From the NCBI GenBank assembly GCA_965637545.1, contig OZ281497.1, positions 18,538,001-18,602,000 on the forward strand: a stretch of DNA of 64,000 nucleotides, in the 5' to 3' direction. The DNA is from Phallusia mammillata (Eukaryota). Both the position numbers and the translations under genes were made by a program. Positions 62,301 through 64,000 of the stretch are shown here, piece by piece (positions within the stretch are counted from its first letter, which is position 1; every line of letters begins with the position of its first letter). The notes beneath the pieces were generated by a model. That model saw only the letters and a list, made by a program, of their open reading frames with translations, did no database searches and had not been told where the DNA came from.

Positions 62301-64000
62301 ACAACCACAACCGTCACAAAAGGTAACATGAAGAATTTAATTTGTAATTTTCAAAACTAAATTGCATGGAGTCAATTGTTTGCATAAAAGGGCATACTAA
62401 TTAAATACCATTAAAATCTCATTTTCAAAACTAGAAACACCTGGAGTATCTCCAACAGTGCAAAACACAACATCACCAACTACAGCAACAACGATAACGT
62501 CGACAATAGGTATGATAACTGCAGGCTTTTTTTATCCAATTTTATGTACGAGGTTAAAAAATTGTCTTCATACACGCCAGTACATCTTACAGAAGCGCAG
62601 ATCGGCAATCTGAACTGTAACTTCGATTACTGGCAATCATACTTTGCTGTGAACATTTGCTTTGATGCAGCGGAATAAGATCGGATTATTTTCTTGTTTT
62701 AGTGCCTGAAACGAAATCGGGTTTGTTAGATGCCACGCAGGCCAATCTTCTAATAAGTCACATAAACGGGTTTTATTCATATCGATATGATAACCCAAAT
62801 CGTCTCGCTATTCGCGATGGTGGAAGTGACATGTATGATGGAGGAAATCAGGTCTGTAAACGTTTTTATGATGTGGCCACTTTTCCTTTTTATAGATTCA
62901 CAAATACTGTTTTGCTTTGCAGGTTTATTTTACTGTAAACGGAAATAGAAGCCAAGCGAGATATAATCAAACTTACAGGTAAGTTTTTGCGCAAACTTTA
63001 GTAGCCTGTCGTTTCAATGCCTTGTCCAAGGATGGCAAACTCTAAACAAGCTGCCTCACTACAACCAGCTTATTCGAAATGAAAGGTGCAGCGACAATGT
63101 ATAATTTTCAACAGCATGTTTCTTAAAATCATTGCTGCGAAAGAGACAACAACACTAGCTCGCTGTTTCAACTAACTTGAGAATCAATTACAAATCTCTG
63201 TTCTTGACATGTGGGCATTTTAATAATAGGCCTGCCCTACAGTGCGTGTAACCCTCCTTTTGCATAGGGGTCAGCCCGCAAGCACTAAATATTTAGCAGT
63301 GACGTCACAAACTTTTTTGAGCACTATTTTGGTACAGGGACATTGTGATGAAATCATATAATAAATAACTTAAATTCCAGTTTTAGAAAATTTTGATATT
63401 ATCTGCAAATGGTAACGATGCAAAAATGACCGTTTAATAAACATTTATTATGCGTACCAGTACGGTGATACGGTACGCTTTTGGTACGGTGGTACGCTCT
63501 ATAGTGAAGAACCGTACCCGTACCTCAGCTTTCTTTGCGTACCGAACCTACGTACCGTACTTTTTGATGAAATTAGCTGCCTTGTGAAGGTTTCGTTATT
63601 ATTTTTTTCTGCTTCTATGCAGTGATGCAACCTACTCTTTCACTACCATTGCTGTTCATCCATTCATCGCATTTTTCACTATTGAAAAAATCCTGGACGA
63701 TGCAGAACCAATGAATTATTCTATAGAGGTGCTTTGACATAACTGCATTTTGCATGTTAATAAATGACAAACATTAATGAAGACATTGTATCAACAACAA
63801 AAATTGAAAAAAAACAGTCATTTGCTAACAATAGTATACGGTTGTTAGGTGTCTTTTGTTTGAAACGTTACTTGTAATTTAGGTGAAGTCGAACCTCGGA
63901 GCTGACGGATCTGGAAGTTATCGTGATGAATCTGGAACGATATCTCGGGGCATTTATACATTGAATTACTATGCCGCACAAGTGTACGATGCCTCAGACC
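35305..64000 (+). CDS. Giant multi-exon secreted or cell-surface glycoprotein: signal peptide, at least 12 copies of an uncharacterised ~225-aa module, Thr-rich mucin linkers; 3' end lies beyond the window
   Basis: Signal-peptide exon 35305-35383 (MLENYWKCGFVAVLIFIARVEA-QSDD). Modules at 36451-38025, 39925-41080, 41177-42923, 44548-45703, 45800-47556, 48414-52991, 53169-54855, 55585-57150, 57263-58423, 59398-60782, 60853-62048 and 62703->64000 (partial). Complete modules have six exons with intron phases 1-0-2-0-0-2-1 and shared motifs. Confidence 0.85.
38203..39660 (+). repeat. Coding VNTR, 27 x 54 bp (ETTSDPPTSATTTTEATT), in mucin-like exon 38168-~39778
   Basis: Exact 54-nt period. The Thr/Ser/Pro frame is open from acceptor ctctcttttacAG (38167); it is absent from the ORF track because it has no start codon. 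Confidence 0.95.
41715..42209. mobile_element. hAT-type MITE (copy 1)
   Basis: TIRs cagcggttctcaaact / agtttgagaaccgctg; no clear TSD. Confidence 0.8.
43669..44245 (+). repeat. Second 54-bp mucin VNTR (about 10.5 units) in exon 43634-44329
   Basis: Same unit as 38203-39660, open Thr-rich frame. Confidence 0.9.
46338..46841. mobile_element. hAT-type MITE (copy 2, carried along by the segmental duplication)
   Basis: Near-identical to 41715-42209, with identical flanks. Confidence 0.8.
49044..49383. mobile_element. hAT-type MITE
   Basis: TIRs caatgctcttcaacc / ggttgaagaggactg; TSD-like gtctaaac / atctaaac, offset by 2 nt. Confidence 0.65.
50476..51059. mobile_element. hAT-type MITE with eroded left TIR, host of a nested element
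   Basis: ggttctc...atggacc motifs at the left end; right end ttgagaaccactg with atggacca subterminal repeats. Confidence 0.65.
50538..50795. mobile_element. Nested MITE with 8-bp TSD
   Basis: TIRs catgggcgccg / cggcgcccatg; perfect TSD ggaccagt at 50530-50537 and 50796-50803. Confidence 0.9.
51145..52226 (+). mobile_element. Helentron-associated non-autonomous element (HINE/DINE-like) with internal ~160-bp tandem repeats
   Basis: 5' ttatgggtcccc plus stem-loop, T-rich simple tract, 160-bp repeats at 51248 and 51408 with decayed copies, 3' ggggacc subterminal inverted repeat, hairpin gtttttgc-ct-gcagaaac, ends in TT; no TSD. Confidence 0.65.

Noticed and set aside
1-64000. tRNA, rRNA or other structured ncRNA genes
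   Set aside because: None recognised by eye; a covariance-model search (tRNAscan-SE, Infernal/Rfam) would be needed to exclude them.

Overview
Eukaryotic (animal) genomic DNA with short AT-rich introns and many MITEs. The gene content is most consistent with an invertebrate chordate such as an ascidian (inference, not verified). All four genes are on the + strand. (1) The last two exons of an unidentified gene with an S/T/P-rich C-terminus (72-1191). (2) A CYP26-type retinoic-acid-hydroxylase P450 (about 3260-24566). Its distal promoter has a perfect DR5 RARE, TATA box and Inr, and its 13.5-kb second intron plus third intron hold a CpG-rich block with about a dozen DR5/DR2 RARE-like elements and a probable second promoter. 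(3) A compact, divergent tandem CYP26-like paralog (29206-32256) with altered I-helix and PERF motifs and no RARE cluster that I could find. (4) From 35305 past the window end, a very large gene for a protein with a signal peptide, built from at least 12 copies of an unrecognised ~225-aa, six-exon module (motifs DGGxDMYDxGN, HPFxA, SNLGADG, DPSVCEVYF, GYxLLS). The modules come in a/b pairs separated by Thr-rich mucin stalks, and the gene contains a recent internal tandem duplication whose junction and splice-site repair are readable. Introns contain hAT-type MITEs with 8-bp TSDs (one nested), a Helentron/HINE-like element, a foldback element and a poly(A)-only retro-insertion. Exon models were assembled by hand from splice signals, frame continuity and motif knowledge; no database search was possible.
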